NCBI RefSeq assembly: GCF_006345805.1 | Contig: NC_043001.1 | Location: forward strand, 114,948,001-115,012,000 | DNA: 64,000 nt | Origin: Octopus sinensis | Taxonomy: Eukaryota | Direction of reading: 5' to 3' | Shown here: one piece after another, positions 12,694-25,935 of the stretch | Layout: every line of letters begins with the position of its first letter | How positions within the stretch are numbered: the stretch's first letter is position 1 | Program-made: the position numbers and the translations under genes | Notes under the pieces: generated by a model | Database searches by the model: none | What the model saw: the letters and a program-made list of their open reading frames with translations, nothing else | Told to the model about the DNA's origin: nothing

Positions 12694-13027
12694 CTAGGAA
12701 AGCACTCGGAGAGCGCAGACCTCCGCCAAGCTCATTTTAAGTTAGATACGCGAGTAAAATTACTAATAGAGAAGCGAAAATATACTTTGCTTTCAAGGGA
12801 GATAATCAAATAACGTAACATTAATGAAACATTCTTCAAGAATTCATAAAAATTCCCGGATCACTACCAAAATTTCATCTGTTCCGTGTGTCATTACCAA
12901 CTTTTCCTGCAAGTTTCATCAAATACCGTTCACAGCTTTTTGTGTTATTTTGCACACAGACGGACAGACGGATAGACGGACAAACCAACGCCGATGAAAA
13001 AATAATCTACTTCCTTGGCGGAGGTAA
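12694..13027 (-). mobile_element. Helentron-associated non-autonomous element (HINE/DINE-like)
   Basis: Sub-terminal inverted repeat TTACCTCCGCCAAGG / CTTGGCGGAGGT, 3' hairpin GCGCTCTCCGAGTGC then CTAG, short GTCC/GTCT repeat after the 5' end. Confidence 0.75.
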
Positions 13028-13129
13028 CTATTTCCTTTTAGCTTCGGTATCATAGTATTCCTTCTTAGTATAGATGAAGTCCATAAAAATATTCTTCAGC
13101 TATTGATTACAAACCGAAATATCGCATGT

Positions 13130-13165
<36 letters not shown>

Positions 13166-13205
13166 ACACATACACAAACACGCACACACACATATATCAT
13201 ATATA

Positions 13206-13237
<32 letters not shown>

Positions 13238-13299
13238 GATAATCTCCTAATTTGTGTTATCTAAGACCCAACAAGGTTACTTAGCGTCCGTTTCCTTAA

Positions 13300-13829
13300 T
13301 GTGACCTTGCGCGCCCGGACGCTGCATACAGAATTGTTTTCATTTGGGAGCAGAGTTGTCAGCACAATGGTCACCTGCTGTTTATGCGAGGGAGTGCATG
13401 GTGAATCCACGGCTATTGATTCCAAACCAAATTATCGCATGACAGTGTTGTTTTCAAGCGGTTCCTTGCCAATCACACCCCTTACCGCGTCATTTCTTAT
13501 ATGTAGATTTTTCTCATATGGTGGTGTTGAGCGGACCCACAAGTTTAGTTTATCACATAGACGTAGTTCCTATGACTGTTGATTGTTCAGCGAGCTAGTG
13601 GCAGCGCCCACAGCCGCAAAGGAGAGTATGTCCACTGAGAGTTTTTTCCATGACAAAGTTAGGGCCTGAAACCTTCCAAACACACACATGACATATCACT
13701 TAGTCGAATTCACCCCACAAATGTTTTGTCGTCAATGCTGCACTTCCCCGTTTTATATGCTTCAACTTAACTGTACGATATATAAAATATGTCATTTAAA
13801 ACCCAAGCAACGCTGGGTATGTCTGCCAG
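13300..13829 (+). mobile_element. Helitron family 2 (5' boundary uncertain)
   Basis: 3' hairpin ACCCAAGCAACGCTGGGT then ...CTGCCAG|T. About 250 bp are homologous to 57800-58093. Confidence 0.6.
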
Positions 13830-13859
13830 TTTATATATATATATATTTTTTTCCTACCT

Positions 13860-13922
<63 letters not shown>

Positions 13923-14558
13923 GTATAAGGTAGAAAATATTTTAGTGAGAATATGTGTCTATATGTATATATTTGTACATATATGCATGTATATATAGAC
14001 ACACACACACACATATATATAAGCATAAATATATGTGCGTGTGCATATATATATACATATGCACGTGTGTTGCTGTGTTTCTATATACATGTATGTATCT
14101 GTGTGTGTGTGTGCGTGTGTGTGTGTCTGTGTGTGTGTGTGTCTGTGTTTATAAATACACTAAATACACACGTCATAAATACACACTACTGAATAGACGT
14201 AATGGGTCATACGCGAGAAAAAAAAGCATTGCTTAGTTTAACGATCATAGCTATAACATAAAAATATTTATGACGGCTTGTCTCCATCAATTACTCTGGC
14301 AATATATTAACAGCAACTTTAAGTGGGTCATTTATAAAATTTAAGGATTTCAACAGAATCTGGGGAACTAAAGACAATAAGTAACACATTGAAGTCTATA
14401 TTCCTGTCCGCTTAGATTTTAGAACAGTCTTGAAAGGAAATAAATGTTGCTAATAGCCTGGATGTGTTTGTTTGTGTGTGTGTGTGTGTGCCTGTATATG
14501 GGTATATGTATATATATATGTATATAAATATTATATGTATATAAATATTATATATATA

Positions 14559-14606
<48 letters not shown>

Positions 14607-14694
14607 CATATATACATATACTTATATATATGATATATATCTATTATACACAAATATCTGTGTGTGCATGTATATATATATATATATATATTTA

Positions 14695-14790
14695 ATATAA
14701 ATTTTAAAATAGGATAAAATCTTTATAAGAATTTATCAAGTAGTTAGCGTGAAAACCCCCATAAGGGAAAAATCCATTAATTTTTCTCTT
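14695..14790 (-). mobile_element. Solo 3' tail of the 15.7-16.5 kb HHR element family, in (TA)n
   Basis: TTTAAAATAGGATAAAATCTTTATAAGAATTTATCAAGTAGTTAGCGTG matches 15733-15775 and the reverse complement of 16131-16160. Confidence 0.7.
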
Positions 14791-14829
<39 letters not shown>

Positions 14830-15620
14830 TTTACAGAGATCCAGTATCTCAACAAAAAATTACTCCATCTAGCGAGAGATAAATATCAGTTTAATAGACG
14901 ATTACGAAAGCACTACTTATGAGGTCAGATTTATGAAATAGGTACATCCAATTATTATTTCAGGCTCGGTTCATACGTTAGATGTATTTAAAAGCCAGGA
15001 CGCTGGAACGTAAAAGCAAAATGAGAAAGAAAAGTGAACGAGAAGAAAAAGTAAAACGAGAACAAAAAAAGGTAAGAAGACCAACATCTTCATCCTCATT
15101 CCTTATAGAAATCGTAATCAATATAGCTGCTGTAGTATAAAATAACGAAGAAGGCTAAAGTCTCCGAGACAGCTACTCAATGCTCGGTGTTCGAAAGTTT
15201 CAACAGGTGCAAAGACATAGATCGGTTTCTTTCGTGAAACTGGAGGATACCAGCCCCTCCGGAGTGGGTAGCTCTCTTGCAGACTTTGGTGTCCTGTCTT
15301 ATATTATACTGCACAAGGTACATTAATTATGATTTCTGCAATCAAAGAGGTTGTAGATCTTGGTTTTTGTACTTTCCTTTTCTTTCTTCTCGTTTCACTA
15401 TTTGCATTATCGTTCATCGCATATTTTCTCCTAGCTTTTTCTCTCATTTTCTTCCAGTCCAGTGTCTTGCTTTTTAGAAATATTGTAATATTAATGTATT
15501 AAAGTAATTTTAACATATTAAATATAGTATATATTATAGTGAATTATTTTGAACAGAACTCTACCAAATGCAGTTTGATCTTCCAGAATCTATACATACA
15601 TGCACAACATACACACACAT

Positions 15621-15654
<34 letters not shown>

Positions 15655-15663
15655 GTATATATA

Positions 15664-15721
<58 letters not shown>

Positions 15722-15960
15722 ATATATATATATTTAAAATTGAGGATAAAAGAAATTATCAGTAGTTAGCGTGAAAAACCTCGTAAGAGAAAAAATCTGT
15801 AAATTTTTCCACTTTGAAAATATTTATTTATATTATATAGAGGGTACTACTATTCATAGATACCGCACGCTAGGAGGGACCCTTGCGGTCAAAACTACTA
15901 AAATAAACAAATTATACCGAATGCAAAACTTCAAAGCAAGTCATTTAAAAAAAGAATTTA

Positions 15961-16024
15961 CTTACATATCACCTGTGATTTCGCAATTAATGCAGAATAT
16001 GCATTCTATGCTCATCAGTGCAAC
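15961..16024 (-). ncRNA. Type I hammerhead ribozyme, complete core
   Basis: GTTGCA-CTGATGA-GCA...TGC-GAAA-TCA-CAGG-TGAT-A|TGTAAG; predicted AUA cleavage between 15967 and 15966. Confidence 0.75.
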
Positions 16025-16347
16025 AAACTCAAGACATATAAGAAAAAAACATAACATTACAAACCCGACAGCCAACCGTAGAATTCGTCTTAGCATGTAC
16101 GAATGTTTATCTTTACATATCTTTCTTATAAAGATTTTATCCTCAATTTTAAATTTATATTTTTCACCGGAATAGTTCAATACTGAATTTTTGTTCCGAG
16201 TAAGCAATTTGGAACCGAAATGCATTGCGAATAAGCCCGCCATTTTCATAGATATGTAAAGATAAACATTCGTACATGCTAAGACGAATTCTACGGTTGG
16301 CTGTCGTGTTTGTAATGTTATGTTTTTTTCTTATATGTCTTCAGTTT

Positions 16348-16411
16348 GTTGCACTGATGAGCATAGAATGCATATTCTGCATTATTTGCGAAATCACAGG
16401 TGATATGTAAC
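16348..16411 (+). ncRNA. Type I hammerhead ribozyme, complete core
   Basis: Stem I GTTGCA/TGTAAC, CTGATGA at 16354-16360, stem II G16361-C16389 with inner AGAAT/ATTCT hairpin, GAAA at 16390-16393, stem III ATCA/TGAT, cleavage after A16405. Confidence 0.8.
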
Positions 16412-16538
16412 TAAATTCTTTTTTTAAATGACTTGCTTTGAAGTTTTGCATTCGGTACAATTTGTTTATTTTAGTAGTTTTGACCACAAGGGTCCTTCCT
16501 AGCGTGCGGTATCTATGAATAGTAGTACCCTCTATATA

Positions 16539-16577
<39 letters not shown>

Positions 16578-18255
16578 AATGCATACACACGTACGGAAAC
16601 ACACACACACACAAACATACATGCACATATGTGTTTGTATGTATGTACTATTTTTGTGTATTTGAGACTAAATCTTGTTCTTTGGTAAGAAAATTCTAGG
16701 TAATAACTCTAGAGCACACAGCTGTCAACCATATTTTACTGACGAATTGTGTGTACACATATTTCTATTCTTCACCAACAATTCTATGGTATTATGTCTC
16801 GCTATTTGAAACTCGAAACTCCCGACCAAGCCTCCATTACTCAGTCTTGATATAAAGATACTGATCCAGAGTCAACTAAACTCACGAGGAGTCACTTCTC
16901 TAACAAGCTAGCAATAACCCGGTCGTTTGACCTCGTAGATATAGCAGTCAGTTATACCACACACATACCAGTGCTGTCTCAAGAAAAGGTAAAGAGGCAC
17001 AATGGATATTTAGTCACTGATCACATTATTCGAAAAAACATTGACGTTATGGTTGCGACTTGAATATTTTTGATCATAAGAGCAGCTTCTCTAAATATGC
17101 TAGCTATCGATCTATGTCTATAGTATTTACATTTCAATTTTTGGAAACTACTAACTCTTCCTTCTCAATGAAAATTAGTACAAGGTTCAGATGTTCCAGT
17201 GGACAAATTTACCTCAGAAAATCGCGATTTCCTTTAATGATAAATTTAACGAAAGGAAAGTATATTTGCCGATTTCTTTTAGTTCAGCCAAGCACACAGC
17301 AAAATGTATCATATGTATTTATCTGTCATCGGAATAACAACGGTACCTGCATCTCTGTGTTACGATATAACTATTACTGTTATCCATGGAATACACTTCG
17401 TTTCTTCCAACGATAAAGAAGTTTCGCTATAGTCATGGTACAGTGAAACACGAAAACATGTGGATCTTCTCAGTACAGACTGCATATATCCCCTCATATT
17501 TGAAAACGTGTCTCATGTATTTCAGTTGTTCGTATTCAATGATACCCATAGAATATGTGTTTGGTTATTTGAAACATAGATAATAAGGCACATTAACAAA
17601 AAGGATATTTGTTGATGAAATTTTGAAAATATACATGTATAAAAGTGTTTGTTTATCTTTAACAATTCAATTCATAAAGACGTTTCTCGAGAGTGTATGT
17701 AACACCAAAGGAACATTCACGAGTTTCCTGTGCTGCAAGAAATAGCAACCGTAAATTCCTGAAAGTATTTTCATCCGAGATTCTGACGTATCCAATGAAT
17801 AAAAGCATCCTAGAAAAAACACATCTGAATAAAACGAGATAATGATATTGGATAAAATCCCATTGATCATACATCTGTTCAATCAGAAACTGGATCGGAC
17901 CAACCAAAGAGAAAAAACTACAAGAGCGGCGGCAGCAATTAGAACGATATTAATTCAGGAACATGGCTTCAACAGGGAGACTATACAACTAAACACATAA
18001 GCATATGAAATGGGTTTTTATTTCAATACTATCCCATTCATTACTGATGTCTACATCTTTATCAAAAAAATATCACTTCGTAGTATGAGAAACAATTATT
18101 TCATTGTTAGACAATACAAATGTAAGGAACACTAAAAGTGAAGAGAGAGAAAAATATATATATATATTGTATCAGCAAATTTTCAGGAAAAATATATGAA
18201 CAGTTATATTTTTCAATGTGTGTGTGTGTGTGCATGTCTATGTATATATATATAT

Positions 18256-18282
18256 AGATAGATAGATAGATAGATAGATAGG

Positions 18283-18318
<36 letters not shown>

Positions 18319-18345
18319 AAGATAGATAGATAGATAGATATAGAT
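18256..18345. repeat. (GATA)n within a compound TA/TATG array
   Basis: Directly visible. Confidence 0.9.
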
Positions 18346-18390
18346 ATAGATATATGTATGTATATATATAGATATATGTATGTATGTATG

Positions 18391-18441
<51 letters not shown>

Positions 18442-18489
18442 ATATATATATGTATATATACATATGCATCTAAATATAATATACATACA

Positions 18490-18526
<37 letters not shown>

Positions 18527-18890
18527 GTATGTATCTATGTATCTATGTTTGTATAAATGTATGCATGTGTGTGTGTACGTCGGTTTGTTTACAAGTACCG
18601 AAGTAACTATCCCTGAGGCTTCACCAGTAGAGTGTCTATTAGAATTTCACTGATACAGTAATTTGATTACTCTTATTTCTCATTGATTATCTTTGCACAC
18701 ACGCACATACTACATGTACATGCGAACAGACGTACATATATGAGGGCGTCTGTACGTTTCGTTCTGAGTGTATGTATATATTTATGTATATATGTATGTA
18801 TGTATGTATGTATTTATATATTTATGTATGTAAGTATGTATCTATATATTTATGTATGTAAGTATGTATCTATGTATGTATATATATATC

Positions 18891-18924
<34 letters not shown>

Positions 18925-19506
18925 ATATATATACACGCACACATAGTTATATGTACATATATATATATATATAGATGTATATATACGTAGTTAATTTTAT
19001 ATATATATATACAAATATTACATCCATTTCGTATTATTTTGCGTATGTGGATATAAGTATACTTATAAATATTATATGTGTTTGTGTGTCTGCCTGATTA
19101 TATGTATGTGTGTTTGTGTGCACGTGCGTGTGTGTGTAACATACGGTTCAGTTTCATTGTTCACAAAGAATTGGAAAACTATATAATTGCACTTATGTAT
19201 TTATATTTGAGTTAATTTATGTATTATTTCCTTGTATATAATCATGGTGTATAATGATGGCGAATGTGTATGTGATTGTAACAATGAATCTATACATCAG
19301 TGTCTTTTTTTAAGTAGACTGAATTTTCACCACTGACACTATTTTCTGTTTTTGTAGCAAAGAATGGGCACTGAGTGATAATTACTGATATTGTTGTTTA
19401 TAGTTTTACCTTTTATTGAAAGACATATCTGAAACAATTACCCTTCCACCGGTGTCTCTTGTTCAAATATAAATTCGTATATCACACATATATTTCTGTC
19501 TTTCCT

Positions 19507-19549
<43 letters not shown>

Positions 19550-19586
19550 CTCTCTCTCCCTCTCTCTCTCTGTCTCACTGTATATA

Positions 19587-19633
<47 letters not shown>

Positions 19634-19648
19634 CATATATATATATAT

Positions 19649-19982
19649 GAAGGCGCATGACCCAGTGGTTAGAGCGTCGCACTTACGATCGTGAAGTTGT
19701 GAGTTCGAATCCCGGACTGGGCTGTGTGTTGTATTCTTGAGCAAGACACTATTTCCCGTTGCTCCAGTTCACTCAGCTGTAGAAATGAGTTGCGACGTCA
19801 CAGGTGCCAAGCTGTATCGGCCTTTGTCTTTCCCTTGGATAACACTGGTGGCGTGGAAAGGGAAGGCCGGTAAGCATGGGTGACTTCTGGTCTTCCATAA
19901 ACAACCTTGCCAGGACTTGTGTCTGGGAGGGTAACTTTCTAGGTGCAATCCCATGCTCTGTGTCGTAACCGAAGTGGGTCTC
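19649..19982 (+). mobile_element. tRNA-derived SINE (family-B central domain, different tail)
   Basis: A-box TGACCCAGTGG, B-box GAGTTCGAATCC. Central block is shared with 7766; the tail is unrelated. Confidence 0.85.
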
Positions 19983-20577
19983 AGATATACATACGTATAT
20001 ATATATATTTATATATCTAACAGTCTTATTTCTATAAGTGTGGCATAAGTCTTATTTCTATATAGCAATGCATAAAGATTTATACACCGAGAAGAGAAAT
20101 ATTTCTGCCTTGTGACTTCTATTACGCATGCTGAATTTATTCACTACTGTACTATTCTGACTTGGAATGGTGTTTGAGGATATTTGATTTGAATTCTTGA
20201 TGTATACAGATGGAACTAAATACGGATGTGTTTTACCTTGTGTTTTTCTGTAGTTAAATAATTTCATAATTATGCATTTTTCAGCGCCTCTACTACTGGC
20301 TAAGTAATCAATTGATTGACTAATTAATTGATTTATTTCATGATTATTGGTGAAACACATGGGTATATGGTTAATTGAGACATTTATTCATTTAGATATC
20401 TTGCTCGCTTACAAGCAACGTGCCTTAATGATGAATCTTTACGTAGCTTGGGTTTTCACTGCATTTTTCATCTCTCCGTGTTTAATTTTTTATACACTAC
20501 TATATAGAAATATTTGTTTTCTTACTTTTATTACGCATGTTACCCGCTAGTAGAAATTATTTTTTAGTAATTTTGAC

Positions 20578-20612
<35 letters not shown>

Positions 20613-20615
<3 letters not shown>

Positions 20616-20902
20616 ACCACGTGACCACGTGACCGACCAGACCATCAGATGTTGCTACACGTCGGTGGTCACAATGCGTTCGCATCGTTTTAGCCTTCGT
20701 ACAACGCCACCCCGCTGGCTAAGTGAGCAGGCCAACATAAGAAAGAGTGAGAGAAAGTTGTGGCGAAAGAGTACACCAGGGAGCCTCATGGAGCATTTAG
20801 GTGTTTTCACTCAATAAACACACACAACGCCCGGTCTGGGAATCGAAACCGCGATCCTCCGACCGCGTGTCCGCTGCCTAACCACTGGGCCATTGCGCCT
20901 CC
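20613..20902 (-). mobile_element. tRNA-derived SINE, head C, tail ending in (GGTCACGT)n
   Basis: Head GGAGGCGCAATGGCCCAGTGG...GGTTTCGATTCCCAGACCGGG is shared with 24320 and 31408. Confidence 0.9.
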
Positions 20903-20924
20903 ACAAATATATATAAATATAAAT

Positions 20925-20965
<41 letters not shown>

Positions 20966-20988
20966 GATATATATATATATAATATATA

Positions 20989-21031
<43 letters not shown>

Positions 21032-21049
21032 ATATATATATATATATAT

Positions 21050-21300
21050 AATAATAATAAATATAGGGAATAAATTCAAATTTACAAGGAAAAATCAGAT
21101 TTAAGATTGAATCCAATTTTATAGTAAAATATTATATTATATTAAATTAGAGACAAAACCACTATTATGCAAATCAAACAAAGAAAGACTTAAGCCAATA
21201 CATAAAATAACTTATATAAATTAAAATTTAACATATGAATAACCACTACGATCGTTTCGTGTCAGCACATCTTAGACATTCTTCAGGTGGTTCAAAACCT
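21050..21300 (-). mobile_element. TA-tailed HHR element (Penelope-pLTR-like), family P
   Basis: ~190-bp AT-rich tail is nearly identical to 50495-50660 and, inverted, to 25425-25495; it ends in (TA)n. Confidence 0.75.
21241..21292 (-). ncRNA. Minimal type I hammerhead with palindromic loop III
   Basis: AACCAC-CTGAAGA-ATGTC-taagatgtgct-GACAC-GAAAC-GATC-GTA|GTGGTT. Perfect 6-bp stem I; A-C mismatch at the base of stem II. Confidence 0.7.
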
Positions 21301-21759
21301 TCTTAGCGAGATTAATCTATGAACTATATATATACATATATATATATATATATTATATATATATATATATAATATATATATATATATACATGTATATATA
21401 CATGTATATATACACATGCATATATGAGTACAGGACGTTACCAACGATTGCAAATAACATACACACAAGAGATAGATACAGGACCTGGACAGTAAGTACA
21501 GAACAAAAACAAGTGAAATACGTAAACAACGAGAAGAAAATGGAAAACAGGACAAATATTTTATTAATAAAGCTGCAGAGACATCACAAAAACTGTTTCG
21601 TTCATATTCATTCTTTGACGGTCATTTCACACTTTAAAGTGTTTTATTCGAAGAAATCGTTCCCAGGTTTTAGTCTTCGTAAGGCTAGTACTTATTCTTT
21701 CGGCCTGTCTTGAGGAACCGCTAAGTAACGGGAACATAAACACACCTTCCTTGCAGATG

Positions 21760-22293
21760 AAACTGACTTGCTTGCTTTAGAATCGTTTAGGAGGAGCGCT
21801 TCCACTCAATGGGTTGTCATTTTGTCTCTGGCTTAAAATGATGAACTCAACATTCCTCCTGGCTTAGAAGATGTTCAAATAAACCAGCTAGAGGTGCCTG
21901 AAAGAATGTCACATTTTCTTGTGATGCGATTAGCATGGTGCCAGATGATATGTCATTGATCAAGAGTCAGAAGATGTGGAACCCACGGAACCGAAACCTT
22001 TGCCATGTCAAGTTCATTGCACAGAATATTATCTCCCGGGTTATGCTAATGGCATTAGTTATTTGATTTATAGTCAATCACCTTCCATCAATCACAATGC
22101 AGTGAACACGACCTTTTCCAAGATCTGCACGTGTAGATCTTGGGTTGTCTCCAAGAGTCTTCATTCCCTTCCTAAATTCGCTGCCCACTTTTGTACTGTT
22201 GATAAACTGAAGCGCCATTCCCTAATGGAGCCACGATAACAGCATCATGTTACTGTAGGTATTGATATTAACATGATGCCAAATTTTGTCCAT
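21760..22293 (-). pseudogene. mariner transposase relic
   Basis: MDKIWH, LSTVQKWAA, LGDNPRS, NELDMAKVSVPWVPHLLTLDQ and SQEEC*VHHFKPETK are mariner HTH, WVPHxL and first-D motifs, with stops and frameshifts. Confidence 0.85.
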
Positions 22294-23029
22294 TTTCAAG
22301 AGCAGTCGCAACTAGTTACTTCTGAAGTCTTTGTTGAACAGTCAGATGTCAGTTTACCTGGAAAGAAGCAACGCAGTTATTAATAAGCGGCGTAGAAAAT
22401 AATGCATGCATTTCACAACTCCAGTATCACTCCTTCATAGCCAGTCTTGAATTAGAGGAATAAAGGATACGGAGGAAAATTAGACGAAATATATACATAT
22501 TACTCGCATTGGGAATCAAATGTGAAAATATTATTAAGAGACTAGCAAGAAACCAGCTGGTGGGTTGCCTTTCAGCTGCTATATACAATGTGAGCATGAA
22601 AATATACATACAGAAATACATATAAATTCACTCACAAACATACAAATATATACATGTGTATGTATGTGCATGTTTCTATCTGTGGTTCTGTGTGTCTGTG
22701 TGTCACAGTACGTGTGAAGGCATATATATTGTCTATCTGAAGTTAAAGATCTCTATACAAAAAACTACCTGATGTCAACGACGGTAGAACATATTTACGT
22801 GACAGTTTCAATTTACATATAAAATATGGCGCACCATGAATGACCTTCCATCTAACATATATTGTAAATAGATAAACCTATACATATACAAATATGTACT
22901 CACTTACATACATTCGTATACATCTACGTAGACAAGCACATTTTCATACTCACATTTGCTGCACACAGTTACATGGCACGTATGTTTGTGTTAGCGAGTG
23001 CATGCATGTCATATATATGTGTGCAAATG

Positions 23030-23067
23030 TTATACATACATATATATATACATACATACATATACAG

Positions 23068-23126
<59 letters not shown>

Positions 23127-23205
23127 TTACATATATATATATGCATATATATATACATGAATATATGTATATATTTACATATATATATATATATATATTT
23201 ACATA

Positions 23206-23243
<38 letters not shown>

Positions 23244-23340
23244 CATGTATATATATGTGCGTGTATATGTGTATATATACATATGTATACATATGTGTGT
23301 GTATATATATATATATATACACACACATATATATAGTATA
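23030..23340. repeat. Compound (TA)n/(TACA)n array; similar arrays at ~42340-42560, ~53815-54000 and ~60235-60310
   Basis: Directly visible. Confidence 0.9.
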
Positions 23341-23576
23341 TTCCTGTGCATATTCATGCATGCATGGATTTATATGTGTGCTTTTTTGCGTACATGTAGT
23401 TGCAATTGCGTGTAACCAATATGTGTATGTGTGTATATATGTGTGTGTTTGTAAACATGCGTGTACCTTTATGTATTATATATGATAAGTTATATAGTAT
23501 TGGTACGTAATTGAACCACACATTAGCACCACACATACGCACACACACTTATACACACATAATTATATATGTATAT

Positions 23577-23619
<43 letters not shown>

Positions 23620-23665
23620 TGTGTGTATGTATATAAGCATGTATGAATGTATATACGTATGTATG

Positions 23666-23697
<32 letters not shown>

Positions 23698-24319
23698 AAC
23701 CCATACTGTAATCTCCTTCACCCAACATACACAATACACCTCCCACCATTGCCGCAACTTACTAAGGCTCTGCTTCCTTTCCACGTCGTCTCTCTCCGCA
23801 TCTCTTTGTCCCTAGAGTACACTTAATCGTTACGGAAACTTCTCGTATTGCAATTCACATAGAGTCGATATAATTTTTGAATTATCAAGGCTCGAGTAAT
23901 TTTGCTGTCAGACCAATTTTTAGTCGTGTGAGACACATGTCTTTTCTCTTTAATACTAGCTACAATATTCCGGATTTTGGCATGACTGATTATATATTAG
24001 AAATATATCGAGTGGGTTTCGTGGGCCGACATTACTTCCGCAATAAGAAGTCTTATTGAAATTGTCAGCTCTGTCGTTATTGCTATATTTGTGAACAGTA
24101 GTTTTCAAGCTTATATTTCTAAATTTATGTTAGAGTTGTCGTTCTTGTTTAGTGTTGTTTGTGTCGCTGCATACCTACATATACATACACACATACTCAC
24201 GGACACACACACACACACTCACACACAAACATACACACATACAGGCATATGCACAATTACATACACACATACATTTAATTATATATCTATATATATATAT
24301 GTGTGTATTATTTATTTAT

Positions 24320-24620
24320 GCACCCTTTTCAAGCCTAGCCCTGCTCATGGGCCTGGTTTCCCGGTTTCTGTGGCGTATGTGTTCCCCCCAGCTGGATGGG
24401 ACGCCAGTCCATCGCAGCGTTACCCAAGAAACAGGAAGAAAGAATGAGAGATATTTGGGTCAAAAGAGCACAACTGGGATCGCCACCAACCGCTGCCGGA
24501 GCCTCGTGGAGCTTTAGGTGTTTTCGCTCAATAAACACAAACAGCGCCCGGTCTGGGAATCGAAACCGCGATCCTCCGACCGCGAGTCTGCTGCCCTAAC
24601 AACTGGGCCATTGCGCCTCC
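24320..24620 (-). mobile_element. tRNA-derived SINE, head C plus family-B tail (chimera)
   Basis: Head matches 31408 and 20613; tail AACGCTGCGATGGACTGGCGTCC...GGGTGC matches 7766. Confidence 0.9.
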
Positions 24621-24640
24621 ATATATATATGTATGTATAC

Positions 24641-24780
24641 ATACATAGAAACACATACCTACATATATACATACATACATACATACATGCGTGCATGCAT
24701 ACATACATACATACATAGAAACACATACCTACATATATACATACATACATACATACATGCGTGCATGCATACATACATAC
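24641..24780. repeat. Two exact 70-bp units within a (CATA)n array
   Basis: ATACATAGAAACACATACCT... recurs at 24641 and 24711. Confidence 0.85.
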
Positions 24781-25282
24781 ATACATGCATGTATACAGAC
24801 ATACATACAAACATACATACATACATGCAACTTGCTCTTGTGTGGAGGTTAACAGTCCATTTGATATAAATGCTGCATGAATATACAGCAATGAGAAAAA
24901 TCATTGCTGCTCTGATGAAAGTTTTAAAGTCCCAAGTATTCAAACTACACTTCTCTTTTAACTTGTTGACGATTACTTTTTTACTCTTTTACTCCTTTAA
25001 ACTTTTACCTGTTTCAGTCATTTGACCGTGGTCGTTGTTGTCAAGTGATTAGCATAACAACAGTGTTTATGTATCAATTCGCCGTGATGAAAGTTTAAAT
25101 CTGGATTTCTTGCTAACAATATCTGTATAAAAAAATAAAACTGATGATCTAATCGACGAAGAATTTGATGATCAACACCTTTTTCTCTCCTTTGGTTTGA
25201 TGGGACAAGAGAAGCAACTAATAAACTTCAGAAACCAATAAAATTCATCCGTATATATACCTCGTTAAGATAAATATTTCAA

Positions 25283-25500
25283 TTACCTGAAGATTGACTG
25301 TAACTATAACTCGAATTATTACGAATTGGACAGCCATGAAACGATCGTAGTGTTATACCCATTATCTTTTATTAACTTTTAATACTTTTGATATATATTT
25401 AAAATAATATAAATTAATTAATTTCATGTATTGGCTTAAGTTTTCATTGTTTGATTTGCCTAATAGTGGTTTTATCTCTAATTTAATATAATATATATAT
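25283..25500 (+). mobile_element. Family P element with degenerate HHR (25283-25354)
   Basis: CTGAAGA at 25287-25293, GAAAC-GATC-GTA at 25338-25349, then the family P tail into (TA)n. Confidence 0.65.
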
Positions 25501-25590
25501 ATATATATAAATTTTATAATTTCATAAAGCCAATAAAATACATACATACGTACATACATACATACATTCATACATACATACATACATACA

Positions 25591-25623
<33 letters not shown>

Positions 25624-25649
25624 GCATACATAACACACTTCCTAAATAC

Positions 25650-25820
25650 CAATCTTGAGAAACTAAGCTTCTCAAAACCAGAAAGAAGAAAGCTAATTTG
25701 AAGACTAGAGATCCAATCCATCAGTGGAACTGGAAAAATTTGTAAAACTTCCCAGAAGTTTTTCATTTAAATATATATGAGCATGTCTAGATATGCAACT
25801 ATATGCATGAGAATACATCC
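25650..25820. repeat. Unclassified dispersed repeat (inverted homolog of 7160-7330)
   Basis: Sequence similarity by eye. Confidence 0.65.
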
Positions 25821-25893
25821 ATCCATCCATACATACATACATACATACATGCATGTATACACACATACATACATACATACAGACAGACAGACA

Positions 25894-25935
<42 letters not shown>

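Larger units (their letters stand above)
15731..16547. mobile_element. Foldback Penelope/retrozyme-like element: inverted ~300-bp arms, each with an HHR, inserted in (TA)n
   Basis: Arms ~15825-16130 and ~16247-16547 are near-identical inverted repeats. A shorter nested IR pairs 15733-15750 with ~16135-16160. TA runs flank both sides. Confidence 0.8.

Noticed and set aside
17659-17960. Overlapping short ORFs in complex sequence
   Set aside because: No recognisable motif or convincing splice sites.
24641-24780. Regular repeats as a CRISPR-like array
   Set aside because: The units are identical with no unique spacers, in a eukaryotic microsatellite context.
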